Below, in pieces: positions 7,383 through 15,526 of a stretch of DNA of 31,572 nucleotides (positions are counted from its first letter, which is position 1; every line of letters begins with the position of its first letter). A model generated the notes under the pieces. The model searched no databases, was not told the DNA's origin, and saw only the letters and a program-made list of their open reading frames with translations. This DNA comes from a virus (taxonomy: Duplodnaviria > Caudoviricetes). A program made the translations under genes and the position numbers. The stretch lies in IMG/VR virus record IMGVR_UViG_3300021960_000314, positions 1-31,572 of that record; one strand, written 5' to 3'.

Positions 7383-8288
7383 ATGGCAGATCAAAAAACA
7401 ACATTAGAACAAATGCTTGAGCATTTAGTTAATGATGACACTGCGAAAGCAGAAGAATTATTCCACGAGTATGTGGTAGCAAAATCACGTGAAATTTACG
7501 AAAACCTTATTGAAGAAGAAATGGAAGATGAGGATGTAAAAGAAGACTCAAAAGACGAAGAAGTTGATGAGGCTTCAAAAGACGATGATAAAGAAGAAGA
7601 TAAAGTTGACGAAGCATCAGACGAAGAAGTAGATGAATCATCAGATGATGAAGAAGTTGACGAAGAATTTGAAGAAGTTGCTGTAGAAGCCGACGATGAA
7701 GATCCAATGGATGCTATGGGCGGCGACGCAGGCGACGATCTAGAAGCAGATATTACAGGTGATGACGAAGATGGCGATAAAGAGCCAGAAGAGTTATTCC
7801 AAGATCTAGATTCAATTGTTGATGAATTACAAGCAAAGTTCGACGAAATCAAAGGCGGTGATGAAGAAGCCGGCGACGATATGGATATGGGCGATGAAGA
7901 AGACAAAGAAGAAATGTTTGCTCCAGAAGCCACTGAAAAAGACGAACTAGAAACAATGCGTGAGTATGTTGAAAAAGTAGCAGGTGGACACGGTGCTGAA
8001 ACAAAAGGCGGCGCAGAATCTGCAGACAACAAAAAATCAGTTGTTGACAATATGAAAAATGATATGGGCGGTACTGCTGCTAACATCGCAAAAGGCGGTG
8101 AGTCAAACGAAAAGAATGACGGTGGTTTAGCAGACATTAACGCTAAAGAAAACAATGCTGGTAATGTTAACGTTCCAGGCGCTAAAGGTGCAACTAAGAT
8201 GTCCCCTGAAAAAGGACACGGTGCAGAGAAAAAAGGCGCTGGCGAAAACGCTGACAACAAGCAATCAATTTTCCGTGGCCGTAGATAA
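7383..8288 (+). CDS. Highly acidic prohead core protein, gp67-like N-terminus
   Basis: N-terminal LEQMLEHLVNDDTAKAEELFHEYVVAKSREI resembles T4 gp67; long D/E-rich region with VDE(A/S)S repeats; located between portal and protease. Confidence 0.65.
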   Translation: MADQKTTLEQMLEHLVNDDTAKAEELFHEYVVAKSREIYENLIEEEMEDEDVKEDSKDEEVDEASKDDDKEEDKVDEASDEEVDESSDDEEVDEEFEEVAVEADDEDPMDAMGGDAGDDLEADITGDDEDGDKEPEELFQDLDSIVDELQAKFDEIKGGDEEAGDDMDMGDEEDKEEMFAPEATEKDELETMREYVEKVAGGHGAETKGGAESADNKKSVVDNMKNDMGGTAANIAKGGESNEKNDGGLADINAKENNAGNVNVPGAKGATKMSPEKGHGAEKKGAGENADNKQSIFRGRR

Positions 8289-8303
8289 CAGAGGGTATAA
8301 AGG

Positions 8304-8930
8304 TTGAAAACTACACTAGCAGAACATCTGAGCTTCGATCAGGCTAAAATCGTAATTGAGCGTGATGAAGGCGAGGGCAAAACGTTACACTTGAGTGGTA
8401 TCTGTATTCAAGGTGACATTCGTAACGCTAACCAACGCATTTATTCTTCGCAAGAAATTGATAGGGCTGTCAAAACGCTCAACGAACAGATTTCTGGGGG
8501 GTATTCAGTGCTTGGTGAAGTCGATCATCCTCAAGATTTACGTATCAACCTCGACCGTGTATCGCATATGATAACAAAAATGTGGATGGACGGTCCTAAC
8601 GGTTACGGAAAACTAAAAATGCTTCCAACACCAATGGGCCAATTAGTTGGCACAATGTTGGAAAGCGGAGTTAAACTTGGAGTTAGCTCAAGAGGTTCAG
8701 GAGAAGTAGACGGAGAAGGTAACGTTAACGGTTTTGAAATCATTACTGTTGATGTTGTTGCACAACCAAGTGCACCGGGTGCTTATCCTACACCAGTTTA
8801 TGAACACCTTATGAATGAAAAAGGTGGTTTCCAGGCGTTTAAATTAGCACACGAAGTACAAGGCGATCCACAGGCACAACGTTATATTGCAGAATCCTTG
8901 AAAAAAATAATTTCAGGGTTAAATCATTAG
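8304..8930 (+). CDS. gp21: Prohead core protease (T4 gp21 family), TTG start
   Basis: Motifs N.NQRIY, GEVDHP (catalytic His), INLDRVSH, LPTPMG, LGVSSRG.G (catalytic Ser) and DVVAQPSAPGA. Confidence 0.95.
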   Translation: MKTTLAEHLSFDQAKIVIERDEGEGKTLHLSGICIQGDIRNANQRIYSSQEIDRAVKTLNEQISGGYSVLGEVDHPQDLRINLDRVSHMITKMWMDGPNGYGKLKMLPTPMGQLVGTMLESGVKLGVSSRGSGEVDGEGNVNGFEIITVDVVAQPSAPGAYPTPVYEHLMNEKGGFQAFKLAHEVQGDPQAQRYIAESLKKIISGLNH

Positions 8931-8941
8931 GAGAATCACAG

Positions 8942-10039
8942 ATGTTAGATTTTGTAAAACAATTGTTTGAAAACAATGTGATTTCCGAAGAAGTCAAGTC
9001 GGAAATTGAAACCGCTTGGGAAACCGCAGTTCAAGAAAACCGTGACACAGTCGCAACTGGTTTACGTGAAGAATTTGCACAGAAGTACGAACACGATAAA
9101 GCTCAAATGGCAGAAGCAGTTGAGAAAATGCTTTCAGACAGAATTACTGCTGAATTATCTGAATTTGCTGAAGACCGTCAGGGACTTATCGAGGCTAGAG
9201 CCAAATATGCTAAGAAAATTAAGGATGATTCTAAAGCAATGGAATCATTTGTTCTTAACAATTTGAAAAAAGAACTAGACGAACTTCGTGAAGATCGTAA
9301 GTCAGCAGCAGGCAATGTTGCTAAGTTAGAATCTTTTATCGTGGATGCATTAGCGAAAGAAATCGCAGAATTCCACTCTGATAAAAAGGATCTTGCTGAA
9401 ACCAAAGTTAAATTGGTTAGAGATAGCAAGGTTAAATTCGAAGCAATCAAGAAAGACTTTATTAACAGAGCTTCAACAGTAGTTGAAAACACTGTACGTA
9501 AAGGCTTGAAAGCAGAGATGGGTCAGTTAAAAGAAGACATCGAAGCAGCTCGCAGAAATGACTTTGGTCGCAGAATTTTTGAAAGTTTCGCAAGTGAGTA
9601 TGCAGCAAGTCATCTAAATGAAAAATCAGAGACTGCAAAACTTATGAAAGTTGTAAAACAATCACAAGAAGCAGTTAAAGAAGCCGAAGCGAAAGCAGAG
9701 GAAATTCAGAAGTTGGCAGAAAGCAAAGACACAGAAATTGCTCGTATGAAAAATGCAGCTCAGCGTAGAGAAGTAATGTCAGAATTGATGTCACCTCTTA
9801 ACAAAGAAAAGCAAGAAGTAATGAGTGAACTTTTAGAATCTGTACAAACAGATAAACTACACGCAACATTCGACAAGTATATTTCGGCCGTAATGGAAGG
9901 AAGCACACCAAAGAAAGTGGCGTTGAACGAGGCTAAGGAAGTAACAGGCGATAAACAAACACAGGCACAAATCAACGGTCAAGAGAATAAGACCGCTGAG
10001 ATATTTGACATCCGCAGGCTTGCGGGACTTAAAATTTAA
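8942..10039 (+). CDS. gp22: Prohead core scaffold protein (T4 gp22-like)
   Basis: 365-aa E/K/A-rich coiled coil between protease and major capsid; RIFESF motif; strong AGGAGA RBS. Confidence 0.8.
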   Translation: MLDFVKQLFENNVISEEVKSEIETAWETAVQENRDTVATGLREEFAQKYEHDKAQMAEAVEKMLSDRITAELSEFAEDRQGLIEARAKYAKKIKDDSKAMESFVLNNLKKELDELREDRKSAAGNVAKLESFIVDALAKEIAEFHSDKKDLAETKVKLVRDSKVKFEAIKKDFINRASTVVENTVRKGLKAEMGQLKEDIEAARRNDFGRRIFESFASEYAASHLNEKSETAKLMKVVKQSQEAVKEAEAKAEEIQKLAESKDTEIARMKNAAQRREVMSELMSPLNKEKQEVMSELLESVQTDKLHATFDKYISAVMEGSTPKKVALNEAKEVTGDKQTQAQINGQENKTAEIFDIRRLAGLKI

Positions 10040-10052
10040 GGAGATAAACAAA

Positions 10053-11225
10053 ATGTCACAATTATTAGAGTCACGCTGGTCGGAAACCAAAGGCGCACTT
10101 TTAGAAGGGCTCCAAGGTAACAAGCGTTCTGTAATGGAGGCAACTCTCGAAAATACCCGTAAGTATTTGTCAGAGAGTGCTACAGCAGGCGCAACTTCCG
10201 CTGGCAACGTTGCAACACTAAATCGTGTGATCCTACCAGTGATCAGACGTGTAATGCCAACAGTCATTGCTAATGAACTAGTTGGTGTACAACCTATGAC
10301 TGGACCAGTTGGCCAAATCCACACATTACGTGTAAGATATGCTGACGACTTCACTTCTAGCTCTGGCACAGGTGCCACAGCAGGTGAAGAGGCACTAAGC
10401 CCATTCAAGATTGCTGAAGGTTATTCAGGTAACGACGATATTAAAGCAGGTTCAACTGCTTCATTAGAAGGCGCTGCAGGTAACAGACTTTCAATTCAAA
10501 TCTTGAAACAAACTGTAGAAGCAAAAACTCGTAAGTTATCAGCTCGCTGGACTTTTGAGGCTGCTCAAGATGCTCAAGCACAACAAGGGATTGATGTTGA
10601 AGCAGAAATTATGGCTGCGTTAGCGCAGGAAATTACTGCTGAAATTGACCAAGAAGTTATTACTTCTTTATCATCACTTGCTGGCACAGCAGCACTAACA
10701 TACGACCAAGGCGCAGTATCAGGTACTGCTACATTCGTTGGTGACGAACACGCAGCACTTGCTGTTCAAATCAACAGAGTTAGCAACTTGATTGCACAGC
10801 GTACACGTCGTGGTGCTGGTAACTGGGCTGTTGTATCACCAACTGTATTAACACTATTACAGTCTGCTACAACTTCAGCATTTGCTAGAACTACAGAAGG
10901 TACATTTGAAGCACCAACAAACACTAAGTTTGTAGGAACTTTAAACAGTGCTATGAAAGTATACGTAAACGGCTATGCTACATCAGACGATGTACTAGTT
11001 GGTTACAAAGGATCTTCAGAATCAGATGCGGCAGCGTTTTATTGCCCATACATTCCTTTAATGTCATCTGGTGTTGTACTTGATCCAGGTACTTTTGAGC
11101 CAGTAGTTTCGTTTATGACTAGATATGGTTATGTAGAGTTAACAAACACTGCATCATCTCTAGGTAATGCGGCTGACTACTTGGGTAAAGTTGCTGTAAC
11201 ATCAGCAAACTTACGTTTTGCGTAA
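10053..11225 (+). CDS. gp23: Major capsid protein (T4 gp23 family), 390 aa
   Basis: Motifs RRVMP..IA.ELVGVQPMTGP.GQI..LR, VEAKTRKL.ARWT.E.AQD, EI..EID.E, GYKG....DA..FYCPY.PL and F.P...FMTRYG. The true start is the ATG at 10053 after AAGGAGA, not the 10005 start in the track. Confidence 0.97.
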   Translation: MSQLLESRWSETKGALLEGLQGNKRSVMEATLENTRKYLSESATAGATSAGNVATLNRVILPVIRRVMPTVIANELVGVQPMTGPVGQIHTLRVRYADDFTSSSGTGATAGEEALSPFKIAEGYSGNDDIKAGSTASLEGAAGNRLSIQILKQTVEAKTRKLSARWTFEAAQDAQAQQGIDVEAEIMAALAQEITAEIDQEVITSLSSLAGTAALTYDQGAVSGTATFVGDEHAALAVQINRVSNLIAQRTRRGAGNWAVVSPTVLTLLQSATTSAFARTTEGTFEAPTNTKFVGTLNSAMKVYVNGYATSDDVLVGYKGSSESDAAAFYCPYIPLMSSGVVLDPGTFEPVVSFMTRYGYVELTNTASSLGNAADYLGKVAVTSANLRFA

Positions 11226-11246
11226 GCCAATACTTTAAAGTATTTG

Positions 11247-11278
11247 AAAAGGGCGGAGTTTTACTTCGCCCTTTTTTT
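11247..11278 (+). terminator. Rho-independent terminator after the major capsid gene
   Basis: AAAA-GGGCGGAG-tttta-CTTCGCCC-TTTTTTT. Confidence 0.9.
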
Positions 11279-11283
11279 ATGAT

Positions 11284-11313
11284 TTGACAATCTGCAATTC
11301 AGAGTGTTAAATA
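11284..11313 (+). promoter_or_regulatory. Composite promoter: TTGACA -35 box followed by TTAAAT/TAAATA
   Basis: TTGACA at 11284-11289, 17-nt spacer, TTAAAT at 11307-11312 overlapping the late core TAAATA at 11308-11313; ATG at 11319. Confidence 0.5.
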
Positions 11314-11318
11314 GTAAT

Positions 11319-11591
11319 ATGATTGAAATTAGCAGTCACGAAGATTTTCACAAACTAAGAGAACAGTTAACTAAATGGCGTAAACGTTTTCCAATGTTTA
11401 CACACGATATAAAACGTATACAATCATCAATTGAAATCCATATGAAAAATTATATGGAACATCTTATACGGTACAAGCAAACTAAAAGTGATCATTATAT
11501 AAGCAAAGCACAGTTAGAAATTGACAAAATTAACACACTAATGAACACTATTAGTAAAGTAGAGCTTATGGCTTTACTAAGCAAAAGATAA
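11319..11591 (+). CDS. Hypothetical basic helical protein (90 aa)
   Basis: ORF between the terminator and the next late promoter. The ATG at 11319 is preferred to the GTG at 11304 because it shares the TAAATAGTAATATG context of the 6434 start. Confidence 0.7.
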   Translation: MIEISSHEDFHKLREQLTKWRKRFPMFTHDIKRIQSSIEIHMKNYMEHLIRYKQTKSDHYISKAQLEIDKINTLMNTISKVELMALLSKR

Positions 11592-11594
11592 ATA
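11589..11594 (+). promoter_or_regulatory. Late promoter core TAAATA
   Basis: GATAAATACT overlapping the upstream stop codon. Confidence 0.6.
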
Positions 11595-11597
11595 CTT

Positions 11598-11690
11598 ATG
11601 TCAGATAGCGAGCCGCATAAAGTGGCGGACTTATGCTGTACCCACAGCGTACCGGATAGAACCCGGATAGGACTACTTTTATAGGAGAAA
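11598..11690 (+). ncRNA. Candidate structured 5' leader RNA (three hairpins)
   Basis: GC-rich island in AT-rich DNA. Stems: CCGC/GCGG (11613-11628), TATGCTGT-accc-ACAGCGTA (11632-11651) and CCGG/CCGG (11652-11666). Confidence 0.5.
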
Positions 11691-11694
11691 ACAA

Positions 11695-12099
11695 ATGGGA
11701 AGACCACTAAGAAAAGACGTTAACGGAGTTGACGCAATTAAATCACCAACAGGCGCGGCCACAGGTATTACAGTTAATTTTTACCAAGGTGGTTCTAACA
11801 GAGCTGACGGTGTAATTATTAAACAGCGTGGTGGACAATCATTTACTTGTGCTCGTATCGGTGATATTGCTGATACAACAGCAGGTAAACAGATCACTTG
11901 TAAATTAAAAAACGGTACACCTAGTGCAGAATTTGAAATGCAAATGCAAGGTTCTACAACAGGTAACTTAGATGCAGATTTAGTTAACATTGCTAAAATT
12001 ACAAAGCGTGTTGCTACAGACTTTTCTGGTAACAAATATACTTGGTACTTAGAAAACGATTCATCTGCAGATTACATTGTTTTAACAGCAATCGCATAA
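11695..12099 (+). CDS. Hypothetical virion protein (134 aa), possibly head decoration
   Basis: Strong AGGAGA RBS, beta-rich composition, first gene of the late unit after the capsid gene. Confidence 0.75.
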   Translation: MGRPLRKDVNGVDAIKSPTGAATGITVNFYQGGSNRADGVIIKQRGGQSFTCARIGDIADTTAGKQITCKLKNGTPSAEFEMQMQGSTTGNLDADLVNIAKITKRVATDFSGNKYTWYLENDSSADYIVLTAIA

Positions 12100-12114
12100 T
12101 AGGCGTAAGATAAT

Positions 12115-13086
12115 ATGGCACAGTTTCTACAAACTAACGGTGATTACACCATCAAAACATACGAAGGTGGTAACATTACTTTGGATACAGGACCAAGAAT
12201 TGGTCAAATCAAAGTAACTGGTAACCTTGTTGTTGAAGGTGATACACTTACTGTTAGTGCTGAAAACTTAGATGTGCAAGATAATATTATCAGACTTAAT
12301 GTTGGCGAAACAGGTCCAGGTGTATCTTTAAGATATTCAGGTATTGAAATAGATAGAGGTACACAGGATCCTGTTTCGTTTTACTATGATGAGAACGATG
12401 ATAGTTTTAATATTGCTGTAGGATCAACCGAAGGCGGCGTTGTAAACTATGCTACTTCTACATTAAGATTAAGAAATATTTTTACTAATTCGGATACTGA
12501 TGGAGGCGATTTAACTTTAATTGGTACAGGTAGTGGTGTTGTAAAAGTTGCTGGTACTATTAACTACGAACAACAGATTACCGACGATGACGATATTCCA
12601 AATAAAAAATATGTCGACGACAGTATTAGAGATAATCCAACATTCCAAATTATTGATGATAACACAAGAGTTATTATTAGTGAAAAAGACATTGCAGATT
12701 CACTACAATATTTAGAAGATGAAACTGGTTACAGTACATTTGGCGAAAGCGGTGTTTCTGTAATTGTAGACGGACTATTAAACACTCAGTTCTATCCTAA
12801 CAGAACTGTAATTCAAGATATTGAAATATCTGGAAACGAAATAACAAATAATGACACAAATGCTAACGTGTTTGTTAGAACACAAGGTACTGGTAAACTG
12901 CAAACTAACTATGCAATTGAATTAGAAGAAATTGCGGTTACACCTGCTTTTGTAAATGGTTCAACAATCATACACGCTTGTACACCTGGCATTGGCGGAT
13001 CGGGTATAATAGTCGTAGGTTCCGATGGAGTTAGCGACGAATTGATAAGTAAAAACAAAGCATTATTATTAAGTATGCTATTTTAG
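12115..13086 (+). CDS. Fibre-like virion structural protein (323 aa)
   Basis: Motifs VTGNLVVEG.T, DNIIRLN.GE, SGIEIDRG and DIPNKKYVD are typical of trimeric phage fibres; hydrophobic C-terminus ALLLSMLF. Confidence 0.7.
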   Translation: MAQFLQTNGDYTIKTYEGGNITLDTGPRIGQIKVTGNLVVEGDTLTVSAENLDVQDNIIRLNVGETGPGVSLRYSGIEIDRGTQDPVSFYYDENDDSFNIAVGSTEGGVVNYATSTLRLRNIFTNSDTDGGDLTLIGTGSGVVKVAGTINYEQQITDDDDIPNKKYVDDSIRDNPTFQIIDDNTRVIISEKDIADSLQYLEDETGYSTFGESGVSVIVDGLLNTQFYPNRTVIQDIEISGNEITNNDTNANVFVRTQGTGKLQTNYAIELEEIAVTPAFVNGSTIIHACTPGIGGSGIIVVGSDGVSDELISKNKALLLSMLF

Positions 13087-13095
13087 GACAAAGAA

Positions 13096-13473
13096 ATGAT
13101 AACAAATACATTAAGCACATCAACAGACATTACAGTTCCAGTAAAAGTATTTACAAGTACTACAACCGGTGCTCCAATCGGAGGAGCAGTAACAGGACAG
13201 CGTAATGCTATTACTACTATGTCATTTTGTAACACAGGAACCGTTAATATTACAGATGAAGCGGTTAATACTTGTTTAGTATCAATGCATCTTGTAGCAA
13301 GTGGTGATTCACCAGATGCTGCAAACACAGTTGTAAGTAGACTTACAGTTCCTGCAGGAGAAACAGTATTTTTTAGCGATGAAAAATTTGTTTTAGACGC
13401 AGGAGACGAAGTTTGGGTTGCTACAAGTGTTGGAAGTCTAGTTGCTGTTACAATTAGTACATTACCTGTTTAA
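13096..13473 (+). CDS. Small beta-sandwich structural/adaptor protein, paralog 1 of 3
   Basis: Pattern AITTMSFCN...V...VPAGET....EKFVLDAGD.V.V is shared with the 16602 and 30471 ORFs. Confidence 0.7.
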   Translation: MITNTLSTSTDITVPVKVFTSTTTGAPIGGAVTGQRNAITTMSFCNTGTVNITDEAVNTCLVSMHLVASGDSPDAANTVVSRLTVPAGETVFFSDEKFVLDAGDEVWVATSVGSLVAVTISTLPV

Positions 13474-13482
13474 GGATAGATT

Positions 13483-14010
13483 ATGAAGTTTTTAAAATCA
13501 CAAAATACATCGAAATACAGTCCAAGCGATAATACTATTAGTGTTAATCCTTATGGACGAGTAGTAATGGATGCTAATGGTGGTTTGTTACTTCCTAAAG
13601 GCACAGAAGCACAGCGACCACAAGTATCAGGTGTAAGACAACCTATTGATGCTAACGGAACTATTCGTTACAACATAGATACAGACGAGATTGAAGGTTA
13701 CGTAGGTAACAATTGGGAAACAATTAGAGCAGCAGGTGCAAGTGCAATCAGCATAGAAACATTTGGCCCTGGAGATGCTACAGAAACAGTATTTGGTCCT
13801 TTAACAAATATTCCTGCAAGTGCAAATAACATAATTGTTCTTGTAGAAAATGTAATGCAAATTCCAACAACAAACTTTACACTAGAACAAAGTTCAAGTG
13901 GTAGTTTAGCAGGTCCGGGTGCACCTTATGCAGATGGCTGGTATTTAAAATTTACAAGTCCTGTACCATATAGTAAAAACATTACAGTATTCTTTGGATT
14001 TGCAAACTAG
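13483..14010 (+). CDS. Virion structural protein (175 aa)
   Basis: Fibre motif LPKGT.AQRP...GTIRYN.D..EIEGY....W, followed by an F.GD....F.L...P.....IIV.VENV.Q.P domain. Confidence 0.7.
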   Translation: MKFLKSQNTSKYSPSDNTISVNPYGRVVMDANGGLLLPKGTEAQRPQVSGVRQPIDANGTIRYNIDTDEIEGYVGNNWETIRAAGASAISIETFGPGDATETVFGPLTNIPASANNIIVLVENVMQIPTTNFTLEQSSSGSLAGPGAPYADGWYLKFTSPVPYSKNITVFFGFAN

Positions 14011-14019
14011 GAGAAGTGA

Positions 14020-15411
14020 ATGGCTCAATTAGGGCGAATTAGCGGACACTTACTTAATCCTACTCTTACTAGAGAAGGAGTAAATCTTGCATTTAAAAAT
14101 ACAACTTTTGATTCATCACCTATTTTATTTTTAGATGTAGAAACAAACAAAATAGGTATTCTTACCGACGCCCCTCAATATGATTTGGATGTTAGAACTA
14201 GTATTAAAACAACAAATGCATCAGTTATACAAACAGCAAAAATTGATAACATCACAGTTAACGCAGCAGAAGCAAAATTTTCAACAGTAGTAGGACCTAT
14301 TAACATATATCCTGCTAGTGGTATTGGCACAATTGTAATGGAACGTATGCGTACAGACGATTTGCAGTTTACAGATAATGTTATTTCTAGTAACAATTCA
14401 GCAACACCTATTGAACTAACTGCATCGGGCACAGGAATTGTTGACGTACAATCTGGTGCAGACTTTTACGGTAACTTAACAGTAACAGGAAATGTTACTG
14501 TTGATGGAAATCTTTCAAAATATTCAAATATTATTTTAGGTGACGCACTGTATAATCCGGATATTCCAGGAGGCGATACTCTTGAGATTATTCCAGATTT
14601 TTCACAATCTATTATTCCAGGTGATGATGATTCTTATGATTTTGGTACAGGAAATATTGTAGACAGTACAGTAAGAAGATGGAATAGTGTACACACTCCA
14701 GACCTTACAAATGTAGGTACTAACAGACCTAATGCTGCAATTGTAAGTACACAAATGTGGTTAAACGGTGTTACAAATGAAATATTTGCATATCAGTCAA
14801 ATGATGATATGCTTCTATCTCCAGACACTGGAATTACACATATTGAAAACTTAACTATTGAAACAAATAACATAACAAACAACCTTCCAACAGAACCTGT
14901 CAAGTTACAAAGTACTGGTATTGGTTATACTAGATTTATGGGAACCAATGGATTTAAAATACCAGCAGGTGATGACACAACAAGACCTTCATATCCAGAA
15001 ATTGGAGATACAAGATGGAATTCAGATGATCAACGTTTAGAATGTTTTGCCGGACAAGTTGAAAATGTTATTGTTTCTGGCAGTAATATTACAGGACTTG
15101 TTGATCAGATTGTAAACAGCGGAACAACTTCTACGAACGGATACGGACAAGATTTTGAATGTAGATTAACTATTATTTCTAGTGTTTTAACTATTGAAAT
15201 TACTAATGTTGGTATTGGTTATAATTTATCCGATACTATTAGCATTTCAGGTGCAGTCTTCTTAGGCGGCTCAGACGGTGTAAACGACCTAACACTTTCT
15301 GTAGGTGCTCAAACAACCGCAGGTTACAGAGTAGCAACTGGAGGCGGAGCAGAAGTTGACGTTAATCTTATGGAAGATCTGGGTAACGAATATAGCCTTA
15401 TACTAGGCTAA
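14020..15411 (+). CDS. Fibre-like virion structural protein (463 aa), paralog of 15527..16594
   Basis: N-terminus GRISGHLL..L.R.GV.L.F; motifs KIGI.TD.P...LDV, GNLTVTGN and IP.G....RP...GDTRWN; C-terminus YSLILG. Confidence 0.75.
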   Translation: MAQLGRISGHLLNPTLTREGVNLAFKNTTFDSSPILFLDVETNKIGILTDAPQYDLDVRTSIKTTNASVIQTAKIDNITVNAAEAKFSTVVGPINIYPASGIGTIVMERMRTDDLQFTDNVISSNNSATPIELTASGTGIVDVQSGADFYGNLTVTGNVTVDGNLSKYSNIILGDALYNPDIPGGDTLEIIPDFSQSIIPGDDDSYDFGTGNIVDSTVRRWNSVHTPDLTNVGTNRPNAAIVSTQMWLNGVTNEIFAYQSNDDMLLSPDTGITHIENLTIETNNITNNLPTEPVKLQSTGIGYTRFMGTNGFKIPAGDDTTRPSYPEIGDTRWNSDDQRLECFAGQVENVIVSGSNITGLVDQIVNSGTTSTNGYGQDFECRLTIISSVLTIEITNVGIGYNLSDTISISGAVFLGGSDGVNDLTLSVGAQTTAGYRVATGGGAEVDVNLMEDLGNEYSLILG

Positions 15412-15425
15412 TTTTTCCTTTTGGC

Positions 15426-15431
15426 TAAATA
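15426..15431 (+). promoter_or_regulatory. Late promoter core TAAATA
   Basis: GCTAAATACT at the start of a 115-nt intergenic gap. Confidence 0.6.
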
Positions 15432-15436
15432 CTATT

Positions 15437-15510
15437 GTTAACGAAGACCAACGTTAATCTTTTACTGTGGTCAACTCGCAATGTAAGGTAGTTGGAGGGA
15501 CAGGATCCCC
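15437..15510 (+). ncRNA. Candidate structured leader RNA with H-type pseudoknot
   Basis: Stem TTAACG(15438-43)/CGTTAA(15452-57); loop GACCA(15446-50) complementary to TGGTC(15468-72); then CAACT/AGTTG and GGGA-cagga-TCCC stems before the RBS. Confidence 0.5.
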
Positions 15511-15526
15511 GTGTTAAGGAGAGCAA

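Noticed and set aside
7520-7700. GACGAAGAAGTTGA-like short repeats as a DNA-level element
   Set aside because: They simply encode DEEVDE peptide repeats in the acidic core protein.
7496-8260. 254-aa minus-strand Ser-rich ORF
   Set aside because: Antisense shadow of the GAA/GAT/GAC-rich acidic core gene; no RBS and low complexity.
10005-10052. Longer capsid start in the ORF track
   Set aside because: It overlaps the scaffold gene; the ATG at 10053 has the strong AAGGAGA RBS.
9857-10408. 183-aa minus-strand ORF over scaffold/capsid, and similar antisense ORFs (e.g. 15733-16266, 22407-22952, 24969-25400, 30398-30772, 31178-31477)
   Set aside because: All lie opposite well-supported genes and are explained by codon bias leaving the reverse frame open.
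11595-11694. tRNA or known riboswitch in the two structured gaps (also 15432-15526)
   Set aside because: No cloverleaf, T-loop or CCA, and no aptamer consensus I recognise; kept only as unassigned structured RNAs.
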